Of a DNA stretch of 64,000 nucleotides, positions 12,477-24,305 are shown in pieces. Source of the DNA: Cyanophora paradoxa CCMP329 (taxonomy: Eukaryota > Plantae > Glaucophyta); NCBI GenBank assembly GCA_004431415.1, contig QPMI01000061.1, positions 62,001 to 126,000 of the forward strand. Direction: 5' to 3'. The translations under genes and the position numbers were made by a program. Every line of letters begins with the position of its first letter. Position 1 is the first letter of the stretch. The notes under the pieces were generated by a model, which did no database searches, had not been told where the DNA came from, and was given only the letters and a program-made list of their open reading frames with translations.

Positions 12477-15400
12477 ATGAGCGATCCGACGCTCTTCGTG
12501 GCCGCGATGGCCGCGCACGCCGCGTCGCGGCCTGCGGACGCGGCGAAGCTCTACGGCGAATACCTGAAATCCGGCCCATCCGCCTCCGCTCTGTGCAACC
12601 GAGCGGAGTGCTATATACAGCTAGACCTCCTCCGGCAAGGTCCGCCGTCTCGCACGATTCCCGCCCGCCGGTTTGAGCTCGGTCGCAGCTGTGCGCGACT
12701 GCGAAGCGGCTCTAGCGATCGACGTGAACTGCCTGCAGGCCTACTATCGCAAAGGCTTGGCCTTGCACCGAATGGGCAAGCTCGACGATGCACGCGGCGT
12801 GTGGCTGCAAGGTCTGGACCCTTACTCGGTGCGGCGCGAGGCCCCGGCCGCGCCAACGCCCGTCCCAGGGAGCCGCGCGACGGGCGACATTGACGTTCAC
12901 CTGGCGCTGCGCCGAGCGTACGAGAGCGGGCCGCCGGACGCGCAAGCGGCGCCGGCAGAGCCCAGCACGTCGGGCGCGAGCGGCGGCAGGAAGCCGCGCT
13001 CGGCGCGGGGCTCGCCGACGCCGCAAGGGGACTCTGAGGAGGAAGGGGAGGCACGGATCGTGGCACAGGAGAACATGGCTCGGGAGATGGGGCCTGAGCT
13101 CGTAGAACAAGTCGCCGAGCGGCTGAAGAAGAGCGCGGAGACAACAGGCCGCATGGAGGACCTCGTCGGTGCGCGCGGGAGGAGAGCTCGGCACGGGCCG
13201 CCCCGCCGGGGCGCCGACGGGTGCGCCGGCAGGGGTTGGCGTGCTCTTCGTGAACACGGGGCAGTACGAGAAGGCTGTGGACTTCTTCAGCGAGCTGCTG
13301 ACGCAGCACCGCGGGAAGGCCCTCGTCCCCGCCCTCCTCGGCCGCGGCTCCGCCCTCGCCCTCCTCGGCCGCCTCGACGCCGCCATACGGCGCGCCGGCC
13401 CCGCCCCCGCCCGGCGAGCACCGGCGCCGCCTGACGGGGCCCCAGGGACTTCGGCGAGGCGATCCGGCGGGACGGGACGTGCGGGGAGGCGTACAAGCGG
13501 CGGGGCCAGTGCCTGGCGGCGAAGGGGCGGGAGGAGGAGGCGGTGGAGGACCTGAGCAGGGCGGCGGAGCTGCAGCCGGAGGAGGACGTCTTCGCAGCCC
13601 GCGGCGCCCTCTACCACAAGCTCGTCCGCCGCCACCCCGCTGCCGCCGCCCCTCTCCGCTTCTTCTCCGCCCGATCGGGCCCCCGCAGCGGAACTACCGG
13701 CGGGGCGCGGCGGACCTGCGGCGGGCGCTGGAGATGGGCGGGCCGGGGAAGCACGTGACGTGGAACACGCTGGGGCTCTGCCTCACGCAGCTCGGCGAGT
13801 GCAACCAGGCCGTCGACGCCTTCCGCAAGGTGCCGCACCGCCGGGCGCCCCGGGCCGGGCGCGGGGCCGGGGCCGAGGGGGCGGGCAGGCGGCGGAGCTG
13901 GAGCCCGGGGCGCGGGAGCCGTGGAGCAACATGGCGCAGGCCTACCGCGAGCTCGCCCTCTTCGACGAGGCCCTCGCCCACTTCGACGCCGTCCGCCCCG
14001 CCCCGCCCCCGCCCCGCCCGCCCCGCCTCACCCACGCCCCCGCCCCGCAGGCGCTCGAGCGGGACGCGACGTACGGGCACGCGGTGCAGCTGCGGGCGGC
14101 GCTGCACCACGGGGTGGGGACCCGCGGGGGCCTTCCCGGACGCGCGCCGGGCGGTGGCGCTCGAGCCGGCGAGGCCCGAGGCGCGCCACTTCCTCGCCGT
14201 GCTCCTCCACCAGACCGGCCAGCTCCGCGAGGCCGTCGCCGAGTACACCCGCGCCCTCGAGCTCCAGCCCAGCCACGGCGCCGCCTTCGCCGGCCGCGAG
14301 GTCGCCACCTTCTGGCAGCGCCGCCTCGACGCCCCCTGGCGCTCCTACAACATCGACGCCGTCGTGCGCCCCGCCCCCGCCCCCTCGACTCCCGCGCGCG
14401 GCTCACCGCCCGCGCCGCAGCTGGACCCGCGCGTGAAGGAGCTCGCCTGCCGCCGCCGCACCGTCGACCGCATGCGTGCGCCGGCCCCGCCGCCCCGCCC
14501 CTGCCGCCGGCGCGGGCCGACGGCGGGGCAGAGGGTACAGGCGGCTGGAGCTGGCGGCGGGGACGGGGGACGTGGAGCTGCGGGAGGAGGCGCCGTCGGA
14601 GGCGGCGGGGCGGCTGCTGCCGCTGGCGGACCGGCTGGGGCGCTACGTGCAGAACCGCGTCCCGGGCTTCCTCGCCAACCGCCGCCAGCACCGCGCCCTC
14701 GGCCTCGCCGCCATCGAGATGGCCCAGACTCTCCGCGCCCACTGGGAGCAGGTCCCCCCCGCGCCGCCCCGCCCCTCTCCCCGCCCTCCCCCGCTGACGC
14801 GCGCCAGGCGCGGGGCCGGGCGGGGCGAGCGGGGGCGGGGCGGGCGGAGCAGTTCGGGCCCGGGGCGAGCAAGGCGCACGTGCGGCTGGGGCTGCCTTTC
14901 GGCTGGCGCGACTTCTTCGACATCGCCGTGCGCTGGCGGCAGTACAGCGAGCCGAACGACCCCGTCTGGTGCGAGGCTGGGGCCGGGGCGCCGCCGCCGG
15001 CGCCGCCTGACGGGCGGCAGGTGGGTGGACCGCCTCACGAAGGAGGAGTTCGCGGCGGGCTTCGGCTCGCAGACCCCCATGTACTCGGGCCAGATGAAGG
15101 TCCCGGTGCGCCCGCCCCGCGCCGCGCGGCGGCGGCGCGGCCGACGGCTCGGGGGTGCGGGGGGCAGCGGTACTACCCGAACTACGCGGCGGCGATGGCG
15201 ATCATGCGGGAGCTGACGCCGCAGCAGTGCCCCCTCACCCCCGACCAGCAGCGCGCCGTCAAGGGCCCGCCCCGCCCCGCCCCGCCCCCGCCCCCGCCCC
15301 CCGGCCCCCCGCGCTGACGCGGGTACCCCCAGGGGCCACCGAGGTGGGCGAGCTCCACTCGATCGTCAAGTCCGACTACTACGTCATCACCCCTTGCCAC

Positions 15401-16182
15401 TCGTCCGCCCGCCCCGCGCCCGCGCTGCCGGCGTGCCGGCTGAGAGGGCCCGGCAGGACGGCGCGGCCGGGGCGGACGATGGAGGGGACGCGCCTGACCA
15501 TCCAGGCGCGGCCGCCGGAGGGGTACGAGTTCTCGATCCGGACGCCGGGGACGCCGGCGCGGCAGGAGGAGTTCGACCGGGAGCTGGCGCACGCGTGGAA
15601 GGCGCTGTGGGAGGCCGGCACGGCCCCGCAGCTCGACCTCGACGCCGCCTCGGACGCCGCCCTGACCCTCGCCTTCTACTGGTACAACTGCATGCCCCTC
15701 TCCCGCGGCTCCGCCGCCATCGGCCACGTCGCCATCATCGCCGCCCACCTCGCCTTCGGCTACGAGGCTCGCCGCCCCCACCGCCCGCCCGCCCGCCGCC
15801 CCGCGCCGCGCCCCTGAGGCCGGCGCAGGTCGCGCGGGAGATCCCCGAGGGGCACCAGATCGACTGGGAGGCGATCCTCCGCTGCCGCCCCGCCGACTTC
15901 CTCGCCGCCGAGCGCGCCTGGATGTACCCCGCGCGGGCCCCCTCCCCCGCCCTCCGCGGCCTGCCCCTCGTCGAGACCGCCCTCCCCACCCTCCGTGCTG
16001 CCCTCCAGGCCCTCAACGCCCTCCCCTGCCCCGCCCCGGGCTCCACCGCCCCCGTGCCCCCCGCCCCGAGCCCCGCCTCCAGCCTCACCGCCCCGGGCCC
16101 GCCGCCCGACGCTCCGAACCCCGACGCCCCTGCAACCGACGGCCCGGCCTCCGACGGCCCCGCGCCGGCGGCCCCGTCGTAG
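12477..16182 (+). CDS. TPR protein of the SRFR1 / TTC13 family, multi-exon
   Basis: N-terminal TPRs (LCNRAECY, AYYRKG, WNTLG). Conserved C-terminal blocks WRDFFDIAVRWRQYSEPNDPVW|WVDRL..EEF..GFGSQTPM..GQ, MEGTRLT, FSIRTPGTPAR, YWYNCMPLSRGSA, QIDWEA. Confidence 0.9.
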
Positions 16183-16289
16183 CGGGCCGGCTAGAAGTAG
16201 CGAATACTGCTGCGTACTCGACACGGCCGGCACGATAGCAACTGGCCGAGCCCTTCGCCGGGAGGTGCGGGGCGGGGGAGGGCGCGGCG

Positions 16290-18784
16290 CTACTCGCGCT
16301 CGAAGTCCTCGGGGAAGGAGGTGAGGCCGAGGGCCGCCGGGTCGAACTCGGGCAGCTGCGCGCGGCGATCGCGAGGGCGCGTCGGCGGGGGCGGGCGGGG
16401 CGGGGCGGGGCGGGGGCGCCGGGGGCGGGGGCACCTGGACGACGGCCTCCTTGGAGGCGAGGACGCCCTCGGGGAGGCCCCAGGCGAAGCGGAGGGCGTC
16501 GTCGCGCTGGAAGGCGAGCCACTCGTCCATCGTCCACCCCCGGCACGCCAGCGCCGTCTCCACCAGCGCCATCGTGTGCAGCGCGTCCGCGCACGAGGCC
16601 GACCCCACGGCGAGCTCGGAGAGCTGCACGAGCCGCTCCAGCGCCACCCGCCGCCGCGGCCGCTCGGCGTCCGAGCGCGGCGCCTCGCCCTGCTGCGCCG
16701 GCGCCGCCGCCTCCTCCGCGAGCGGCTGCAGGGCGCCCTTGACGCCCTCCCCGTAGAGCACCCCGCCCCGGCCCTCTGCGCCCGCGAGCTCGGCCCGGGG
16801 CCGGAGGCGGGGCGGGGCGCGCGGGGGGCGCACGGCGGTCGTAGAAGACGATGATGCGGCCCGGCTGCGCGCCCCGCTCGCCCGCTCAGCGGGGCGGCGA
16901 GAGGAGGGGGCCGGGGCCGGGGCGGGGGCGCCTCGTCGGGGTGGATGGCCTGCACGACGTCGAGGAGGTCGCCGACGGGGACGGGGAGCACGGGGATCGA
17001 GCTCCCCGCCGTCGCCCCGTCCAGGTCCACCCCCCCCTCCTCCGCCCCCAGCACCACCAGCACCACCTGCGCCCCCGCGTGGGCCGGGGCGCGGGCGGGG
17101 CGGCGTGGGCGGGGGCGGCAAGGGCGGGGACCTGGGCGGGCCCGAAGCCGGCCTCGGCGACGAGGTCCGAGAAGAAGCGCCCGAGGAGCGCCGCGATGGC
17201 GTACCCGTCCAGCTCCGTCAGCGCGCGCGCCGCCGCCTCCGCCCCCTCCTCCAGCGCCCCGTACGTCACCCCCGACATGCACTCCGTCGTCCGCGCCACG
17301 CGCTTCAGCAGCTGCTCGCCCCGTCGGCCGCCCCCGGGCCCCAGCCGGGGAGGGGGGGCCTTGACCTTGCTGGCGTCGGGGGCGGCCGCGTCGCCCTTGA
17401 GAACGTTGGCGCCCCAGGGGAGGCCCTCGCGCTTGGCGGGGCGCGCCGCCGCCGCCAGCGCCGCCGGGTCCTCCAGCGACTCCACCGGCGACACCGGCAT
17501 GTAGTCCTGCCCGCCCCGCCCCCCGCCTCGGCCGAGGCGCGGCGCCGCAGCGCGGAGGGGCGGCGCGGCGCGCCTGGATCATGCTGTTGAGGGCGCGCAG
17601 GAAGGCGGTGCCCGCGGGACTCGCGCACTCCACGGTCAGCTGTGCGGGGGCGGGTCAGACGAGCGGCGCCCCGCCCCGCGCCGGCGGCGGGGCGCACGGG
17701 CTTGGGGAGGAAGTCGACGCCGCCGCCGACGGTCATCGCGCCGACGTACGAGCGCGCCAGGCTGCCCAGCAGCTCGATCTCGTCCGGCAGGTCCCCGCTG
17801 CGCCCCGGCCCCGCGTCAGAGCGGCTCGTGCCGGGGAGCCCGAGAGGGGGCGCAGGTGCCGGTCGCACCGGTTGGCGGCACGCACGGCGTGCTTCACTGC
17901 GCCGCGGCGTGGGCGCGAGCCTCGGCAGCGCGCGGGGCGGGGCGCACTCATGGGGACGGTGAGGACGCCGCGCTTGGAGTGGACGGCGCCGGCCGCCTCG
18001 ACGCCGGCGCGCAGCCGCTCTGCCAGCGCCTCGAGCTCCGCCTCCTCGAGGGTCCCATCGTGGGCGAAGAAGACGACGGGGCGGGCGTCGCCCTGCACCC
18101 CCGCGCTCTCGAAGAGCTCCGTCGCCCGCTTGGCGATCTCCTCCGACGAGAGCTCCCCCAGGCTCTTCAGCCAGTCGCCCCACGTCATGTGGTCGTACGT
18201 CAGCGAGTCTCCCTCCGCCCCGACTGCGCGCGCGCCGGCCGTCGGTCGTGGGAATCGCTCCGACGCGCGCCCCGCGTGCGGACCGACGGCAATCTCCTTC
18301 TTGCGGGCTACAACGCCGCCCACCTGCTTCGCCTTCCGTGCAGCCACGCCGGCTGCGAACCCGCGACGGAATGCTGCGGCGAGACGCGCTCAGTGGGCGC
18401 TGAACCGGAGGAGCGGGCCTCGCAAAGCCCGGGGGTGGCCGCCGCAGGTGCATCGAGCCGTGCGAAACCCGTAATATCGGCAGCTAGGAGCATTGTAGCT
18501 TATTACGCGAGCCCAATGGGCAGCCTCACCATGATCGGGGCTGCGCGGCGCGCGCAGAGTTCAAGATATGATCGGCCAGGCAACAGGCGACGAGGGGGCG
18601 CGCACTCTTCACTGGGCCGTGCGCTGCAGGCGGTCGCGAAGAAGACGATGACCGCCGGCCGCTGCCCCGCCGAATGCAGGCTGCGCTCCGCGCGGCGGCA
18701 TACGGCCACCGATGTTCCAAGCGAGCGTAGCTGCTGCCGGAGCTGGTTGGGCCCCAGGGCAAGGCCTACGAACGACGCTGCCAT
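16290..18784 (-). CDS. Uncharacterised protein with a probable plastid transit peptide, multi-exon
   Basis: ATG at 18784 (MAASFVGLALG...). Exon 1, an 11-nt microexon (18530-18540) and the next exon splice in frame into ARKAKQVGG...GAEGDSLTYDHMTW. Further exons end at FPEDFERE*. No family recognised. Confidence 0.7.
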
Positions 18785-19103
18785 CTCTCCTGGTCGATCG
18801 AGCTTGTAACGTGTCGCGAACGCAGAGAAGCCGCGAAGCGGCGAACGAAGTGAGCTCTACCTGTGTAGGTTTTCAGAAGGGGTCGATTTTTTTCGCTAAC
18901 AAAAACGGGTACAAGATTCACAAAAACTCAATCGAAAAGATACGTCAGCGCAGACTCGCCGTCACGGTAGTGTTTTGTGACGCCGTCACGCCCAGGTAAT
19001 CATTATTAAATTAGAAGAATAATAATGGGTTAGGGCATTGAATGCAGCTCAGTGAAAATTCAGTAGAGTCACATGCGCAGCGAAGATGCGCTAACGCTAG
19101 GGA

Positions 19104-19707
19104 TTGTAGTGCGCCAAATAAAATGGCGCGCCATCTTATTTTTATGGCGCACGCTTTTGAGCCATCGCAGAAAAAAAGGCGCCGGCCAGCGCAGCCGGAG
19201 CTTTGCGTTGGGGGGGCTACTACGACTCCCAGCGTATGATGCAATAGTACTATAGCTACAGGTAGCGCGCACAGCAGCAGCCGGCAGACAGCACTGCGGC
19301 AGCGGGCGGGGCGGTCCTCACATGGCGCCCAAGAAGGGCAAAGTGGCTAAGCTAGGCCGCAGAGCCCGGACAGATTCTCTGCGGGTGGACACCTGCATTC
19401 GAACTTGTTGGGAAGGTCTCTGACATCTGGATGCTCCCACCACCTCATTGCTGATGTGCCTGGGGCCGCGCCTTCGGGCTCGGTGCGCGCGCGCGGCTCC
19501 CCGACCGCTTCCCGCCCAGTGCGGTCCTATACCGGTAGCCCGGCGGTAGGCTATAATGATAGGCGATTTCGATCGCGACAGCTAGCCTAGCAGTACTCCC
19601 CAACGCAAAGCTCCGGCTGCGCTGGCCGGCGCCTTTTTTTCTGCGATGGCTCAAAAGCGTGCGCCATAAAAATAAGATGGCGCGCCATTTTATTTGGCGC
19701 ACTACAA
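19104..19707. mobile_element. MITE-like non-autonomous element (~600 bp) with ~110-bp terminal inverted repeats
   Basis: 19104-19214 (ttgtagtgcgccaaataaaatggcgcgcc...gcgttgggg) is the reverse complement of 19598-19707. No TSD identified. Confidence 0.8.
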
Positions 19708-20159
19708 GTGTAAGGGATCCGGGATCCGGAGTCGAGGAAACGCAAATTTGGTGTATCCCCAGCCGACTTGTCTAGGTACCCTGGTCGCAGTGCCGCGCCG
19801 TCGGTGGTCGTTGCTGTGTAAAGGCCGGGCTGTTGTTTCGGAGGTCGTCTGCGTGATCAGGTACCTCCGGCTTGTGAGCTTAGCGCAGCTTGTCGGAAAG
19901 GTCGAGCTGATTAGCGTGCCGTCTTGTCGCAGGTCTCCGGTTCCGGGGAACCATGTCCAAGGAAGTCGCATCTGCTGCGAAAGGCGTGAAACGAATGGTA
20001 GGCACGCTTGCGATGTGATCGTGCTGACTACGCTCGGCTATCAGCGTTCTCATCCCTCGCGGCTTCGCTCTTTCAGGAGAGCTGCCCCGCAGATCGAAAC
20101 CATTAGCATCTCCTCGTTAAGCACTAAAACGCTATAGCCGCGAACGCGCGCGCGTACGT

Positions 20160-20880
20160 GGGCGGAGGCGCGGCGGGCGGCAGCACGGCTCGCCGGGCGG
20201 GGCGGAGGCGCGGCGGGCGGCGGAGCGGCGCGCCGGGCGGGGCGGAGGCGCGGCGGGCGGCGGAGCGGCGCGCCGGGCGGGCGGAGGCGCGGCGGGCGGC
20301 GGCGCGGCTCTCCGGGCGGGGCGGAGGCGCGGCGGGCGGCGGAGCGGCGCGCCGGGCGGGGCGGAGGCGCGGCGGGCGGCGGCGTGGCTCTCCGGGCGGG
20401 GCGGAGGCGCGGCGGGCGGCGGAGCGGCGCGCCGGGCGGGCGGAGGCGCGGCGGGCGGCGGCGTGGCTCGCCGGGCGGGGCGAAGGCGCGGCGGGCGGCG
20501 GGCTCTCCGGGCGGGGCGGAGGCGCGGCGGGCGGCGGCGTGGCTCGCCGGGCGGGGCGCATGTGCAGCGGGCGGCGGCGTGGCGCGCCGGGCGGGGCGCA
20601 GGCGGGGCGGTCGGCGGCGCTGCTCACCGGGCGAGGCGAAGGCGCGACGGGCGGCGGAGCGGCTCTTCGCGCGGGGCGGAGGCGCGGCGGGCGGCGAAGC
20701 GGCTCTCGGCGCGGGGCGGAGGCGCGGCGGGCGGCAGCACGGCTCGCCGGGCGGGGCGGAGGCGCGGCGGGCGGCGGCACGGCTCGCCGGGCGGGCGGAG
20801 GCGCGGAGGGCGGCGGTGCGGCTCGCCGGGCGGGGCGGAGGCGCGGCGGGCGGCGGCACGGCTCGCCGGGCGAGGGCGCG
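20160..20880 (+). repeat. G-rich minisatellite, ~41-bp unit (gggcggggcggaggcgcggcgggcggcggcacggctcgcc), block 1
   Basis: Directly visible tandem variant units. Confidence 0.95.
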
Positions 20881-21376
20881 GCTAGAACGCGGCGGTGCGG
20901 CGCGGGGCGAGGCGCGGTGGGCGCTATTAGAGTCAGGCGCCGGTTGTAATTCAGAACGTTTAACCCCCTTGCACATCCTGATCATGAGACGAGCAGGGGC
21001 GGGCGGGGGCGAGTCGAAGCCTTGAAGACCTAGTATATGCATGCTGCAATCACACAACTTAAGTTACAATTAGTAAAGGACTTGGTCGCCGATCCGGGCC
21101 GAGCCGAGGGGTCGCGCGCGGAGCGCGCGACCCCGAGGGGAGGTCAATCAACGTTAACGTTGAAGGCATCAAGGCATCTTCGAATTCAAGCTCGCGATGG
21201 GCGGCGCGCGGTGCGGCTCGCCGGGCGGGGCGGAGGCGCGGCAAGCGGCGGCACGGCTCGCCGGGCGCGCGAGGCCTAGGGCGCGGCTAGAATTCGAACG
21301 CGGCAGGGCGTCGAAACCATTAGCATCTCCTCGTTAAGCACTAAAACGCTATAGCCGCGAACGCGCGCGCGTACGT

Positions 21377-22100
21377 GGGCGGAGGCGCGGCGGGCGGCAG
21401 CACGGCTCGCCGGGCGGGGCGGAGGCGCGGCGGGCGGCGGAGCGGCGCGCCGGGCGGGGCGGAGGCGCGGCGGGCGGCGGAGCGGCGCGCCGGGCGGGCG
21501 GAGGCGCGGCGGGCGGCGGCGCGGCTCTCCGGGCGGGGCGGAGGCGCGGCGGGCGGCGGAGCGGCGCGCCGGGCGGGGCGGAGGCGCGGCGGGCGGCGGC
21601 GTGGCTCTCCGGGCGGGGCGGAGGCGCGGCGGGCGGCGGAGCGGCGCGCCGGGCGGGGCGGAGGCGCGGCGGGCGGCGGCGTGGCTCGCCGGGCGGGGCG
21701 AAGGCGCGGCGGGCGGCGGGCTCTCCGGGCGGGGCGGAGGCGCGGCGGGCGGCGGCGTGGCTCGCCGGGCGGGGCGCATGTGCAGCGGGCGGCGGCGTGG
21801 CGCGCCGGGCGGGGCGCAGGCGGGGCGGTCGGCGGCGCTGCTCACCGGGCGAGGCGAAGGCGCGACGGGCGGCGGAGCGGCTCTTCGCGCGGGGCGGAGG
21901 CGCGGCGGGCGGCGAAGCGGCTCTCGGCGCGGGGCGGAGGCGCGGCGGGCGGCAGCACGGCTCGCCGGGCGGGGCGGAGGCGCGGCGGGCGGCGGCACGG
22001 CTCGCCGGGCGGGGCGGAGGCGCGGAGGGCGGCGGTGCGGCTCGCCGGGCGGGGCGGAGGCGCGGCGGGCGGCGGCACGGCTCGCCGGGCGAGGGCGCGG
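21377..22100 (+). repeat. G-rich ~41-bp minisatellite, block 2
   Basis: Same ordered series of variant units as block 1. Confidence 0.95.
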
Positions 22101-22595
22101 CTAGAACGCGGCGGTGCGGCGCGGGGCGAGGCGCGGTGGGCGCTATTAGAGTCAGGCGCCGGTTGTAATTCAGAACGTTTAACCCCCCTTGCACATCCTG
22201 ATCATGAGACGAGCAGGGGCGGGCGGGGGCGAGTCGAAGCCTTGAAGACCTAGTATATGCATGCTGCAATCACACAACTTAAGTTACAATTAGTAAAGGA
22301 CTTGGTCGCCGATCCGGGCCGAGCCGAGGGGTCGCGCGCGGAGCGCGCGACCCCGAGGGGAGGTCAATCAACGTTAACGTTGAAGGCATCAAGGCATCTT
22401 CGAATTCAAGCTCGCGATGGGCGGCGCGCGGTGCGGCTCGCCGGGCGGGCGGAGGCGCGGCAAGCGGCGGCACGGCTCGCCGGGCGCGCGAGGCCTAGGG
22501 CGCGGCTAGAATTCGAACGCGGCAGGGCGTCGAAACCATTAGCATCTCCTCGTTAAGCACTAAAACGCTATAGCCGCGAACGCGCGCGCGTACGT

Positions 22596-23330
22596 GGGCG
22601 GAGGCGCGGCGGGCGGCAGCACGGCTCGCCGGGCGGGGCGGAGGCGCGGCGGGCGGCGGAGCGGCGCGCCGGGCGGGGCGGAGGCGCGGCGGGCGGCGGA
22701 GCGGCGCCGGCGCGCCGGGCGGGGCGGAGGCGCGGGGGCGGCGGCGCGGCTCTCCGGGCGGGGCGGAGGCGCGGCGGGCGGCGGAGCGGCGCGCCGGGCG
22801 GGGCGGAGGCGCGGCGGGCGGCGGCGTGGCTCTCCGGGCGGGGCGGAGGCGCGGCGGGCGGCGGAGCGGCGCGCCGGGCGGGGCGGAGGCGCGGCGGGCG
22901 GCGGCGTGGCTCGCCGGGCGGGGCGAAGGCGCGGCGGGCGGCGGGCTCTCCGGGCGGGGCGGAGGCGCGGCGGGCGGCGGCGTGGCTCGCCGGGCGGGGC
23001 GCATGTGCAGCGGGCGGCGGCGTGGCGCGCCGGGCGGGGCGCAGGCGGGGCGGTCGGCGGCGCTGCTCACCGGGCGAGGCGAAGGCGCGACGGGCGGCGG
23101 AGCGGCTCTTCGCGCGGGGCGGAGGCGCGGCGGGCGGCGAAGCGGCTCTCGGCGCGGGGCGGAGGCGCGGCGGGCGGCAGCACGGCTCGCCGGGCGGGGC
23201 GGAGGCGCGGCGGGCGGCGGCACGGCTCGCCGGGCGGGGCGGAGGCGCGGAGGGCGGCGGTGCGGCTCGCGATCGCCGGGCGGGGCGGAGGCGCGGCGGG
23301 CGGCGGCACGGCTCGCCGGGCGAGGGCGCG
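22596..23330 (+). repeat. G-rich ~41-bp minisatellite, block 3
   Basis: Same ordered series of variant units as blocks 1 and 2. Confidence 0.95.
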
Positions 23331-23964
23331 GCTAGAACGCGGCGGTGCGGCGCGGGGCGAGGCGCGGTGGGCGCTATTAGAGTCAGGCGCCGGTTGTAAT
23401 TCAGAACGTTTAACCCCCCTTGCACATCCTGATCATGAGACGAGCAGGGGCGGGCGGGGGCGAGTCGAAGCCTTGAAGACCTAGTATATGCATGCTGCAA
23501 TCACACAACTTAAGTTACAATTAGTAAAGGACTTGGTCGCCGATCCGGGCCGAGCCGAGGGGTCGCGCGCGGAGCGCGCGACCCCGAGGGGAGGTCAATC
23601 AACGTTAACGTTGAAGGCATCAAGGCATCTTCGAATTCAAGCTCGCGATGGGCGGCGCGCGGTGCGGCTCGCCGGGCGGGGCGGAGGCGCGGCAAGCGGC
23701 GGCACGGCTCGCCGGGCGCGCGAGGCCTAGGGCGCGGCTAGAATTCGAACGCGGCAGGGCGGCGCGGGGCGAGGCGCGGTGGGCGCTTTTAGAGTCAGGC
23801 GCCGGCGGCCTAGAAGCTGTCTTCACGTGTTGCAATTCAGAACGTTTAACCCCCCTTGCGCGCACATCCTGATCATGAGACGAGCAGGGGCGGGCGGGGG
23901 CGAGTCGAAGCCTTGAAGACCTAGTATATGCATGCTGCAATCACATAACTTAAGTTACAATTAG

Positions 23965-24305
23965 TGTGCCGCCCACTTTCCGACTCCCAGCTAGCCCTGG
24001 TCGTCGGCTCTAAGCCGGCAGCTTGCCTTGCCTTGTACCCTTTGTAGCCTGCTATTCCTGGTGCCACGTTGTTGCCAACTGGCCCGCTTATTTTAGCCCT
24101 GGGCCCTCGCTTGCCCTGCGCGGCGCTCGCTTGCTGTCTGTCGACGTCCTTGTTCTCTTGTTCTCTCTGTCTTACGCTGGCTCTGCGCCTGCTGTGTACG
24201 TAATGGCACCCGCTTGCCGCCGCCCTACGGTGCCGTACGGGCCTGTCCCTCTCTGCTTGGGGCGCCTCTGGGCCTAGCCAACTGCTTAGCGCATCCCGCT
24301 CAGCG
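23965..24305 (+). repeat. Left 341-bp terminal inverted repeat
   Basis: Reverse complement of 26673-27013. ORFs 24023-24277(+) and 26701-26955(-) translate identically. Confidence 0.95.

Noticed and set aside
19697-19712. CACTACAA resembling a CACTA transposon end
   Set aside because: The motif faces outward relative to the inverted repeats and no 3-bp TSD is evident.
19710-20093. Possible solo LTR starting TGTAAGGG
   Set aside because: No matching CA end with a TSD and no second copy in the window.
20050-23500. 200-330 aa repetitive ORFs across the minisatellite, and a possible CRISPR-like array
   Set aside because: These are translations of a tandem repeat with no unique spacers and no cas genes, in a eukaryotic context.
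24023-24277. Duplicated 84-aa hydrophobic ORF (also 26701-26955)
   Set aside because: It lies wholly within the TIRs and has a non-ATG start. Its duplication only reflects the inverted repeat.
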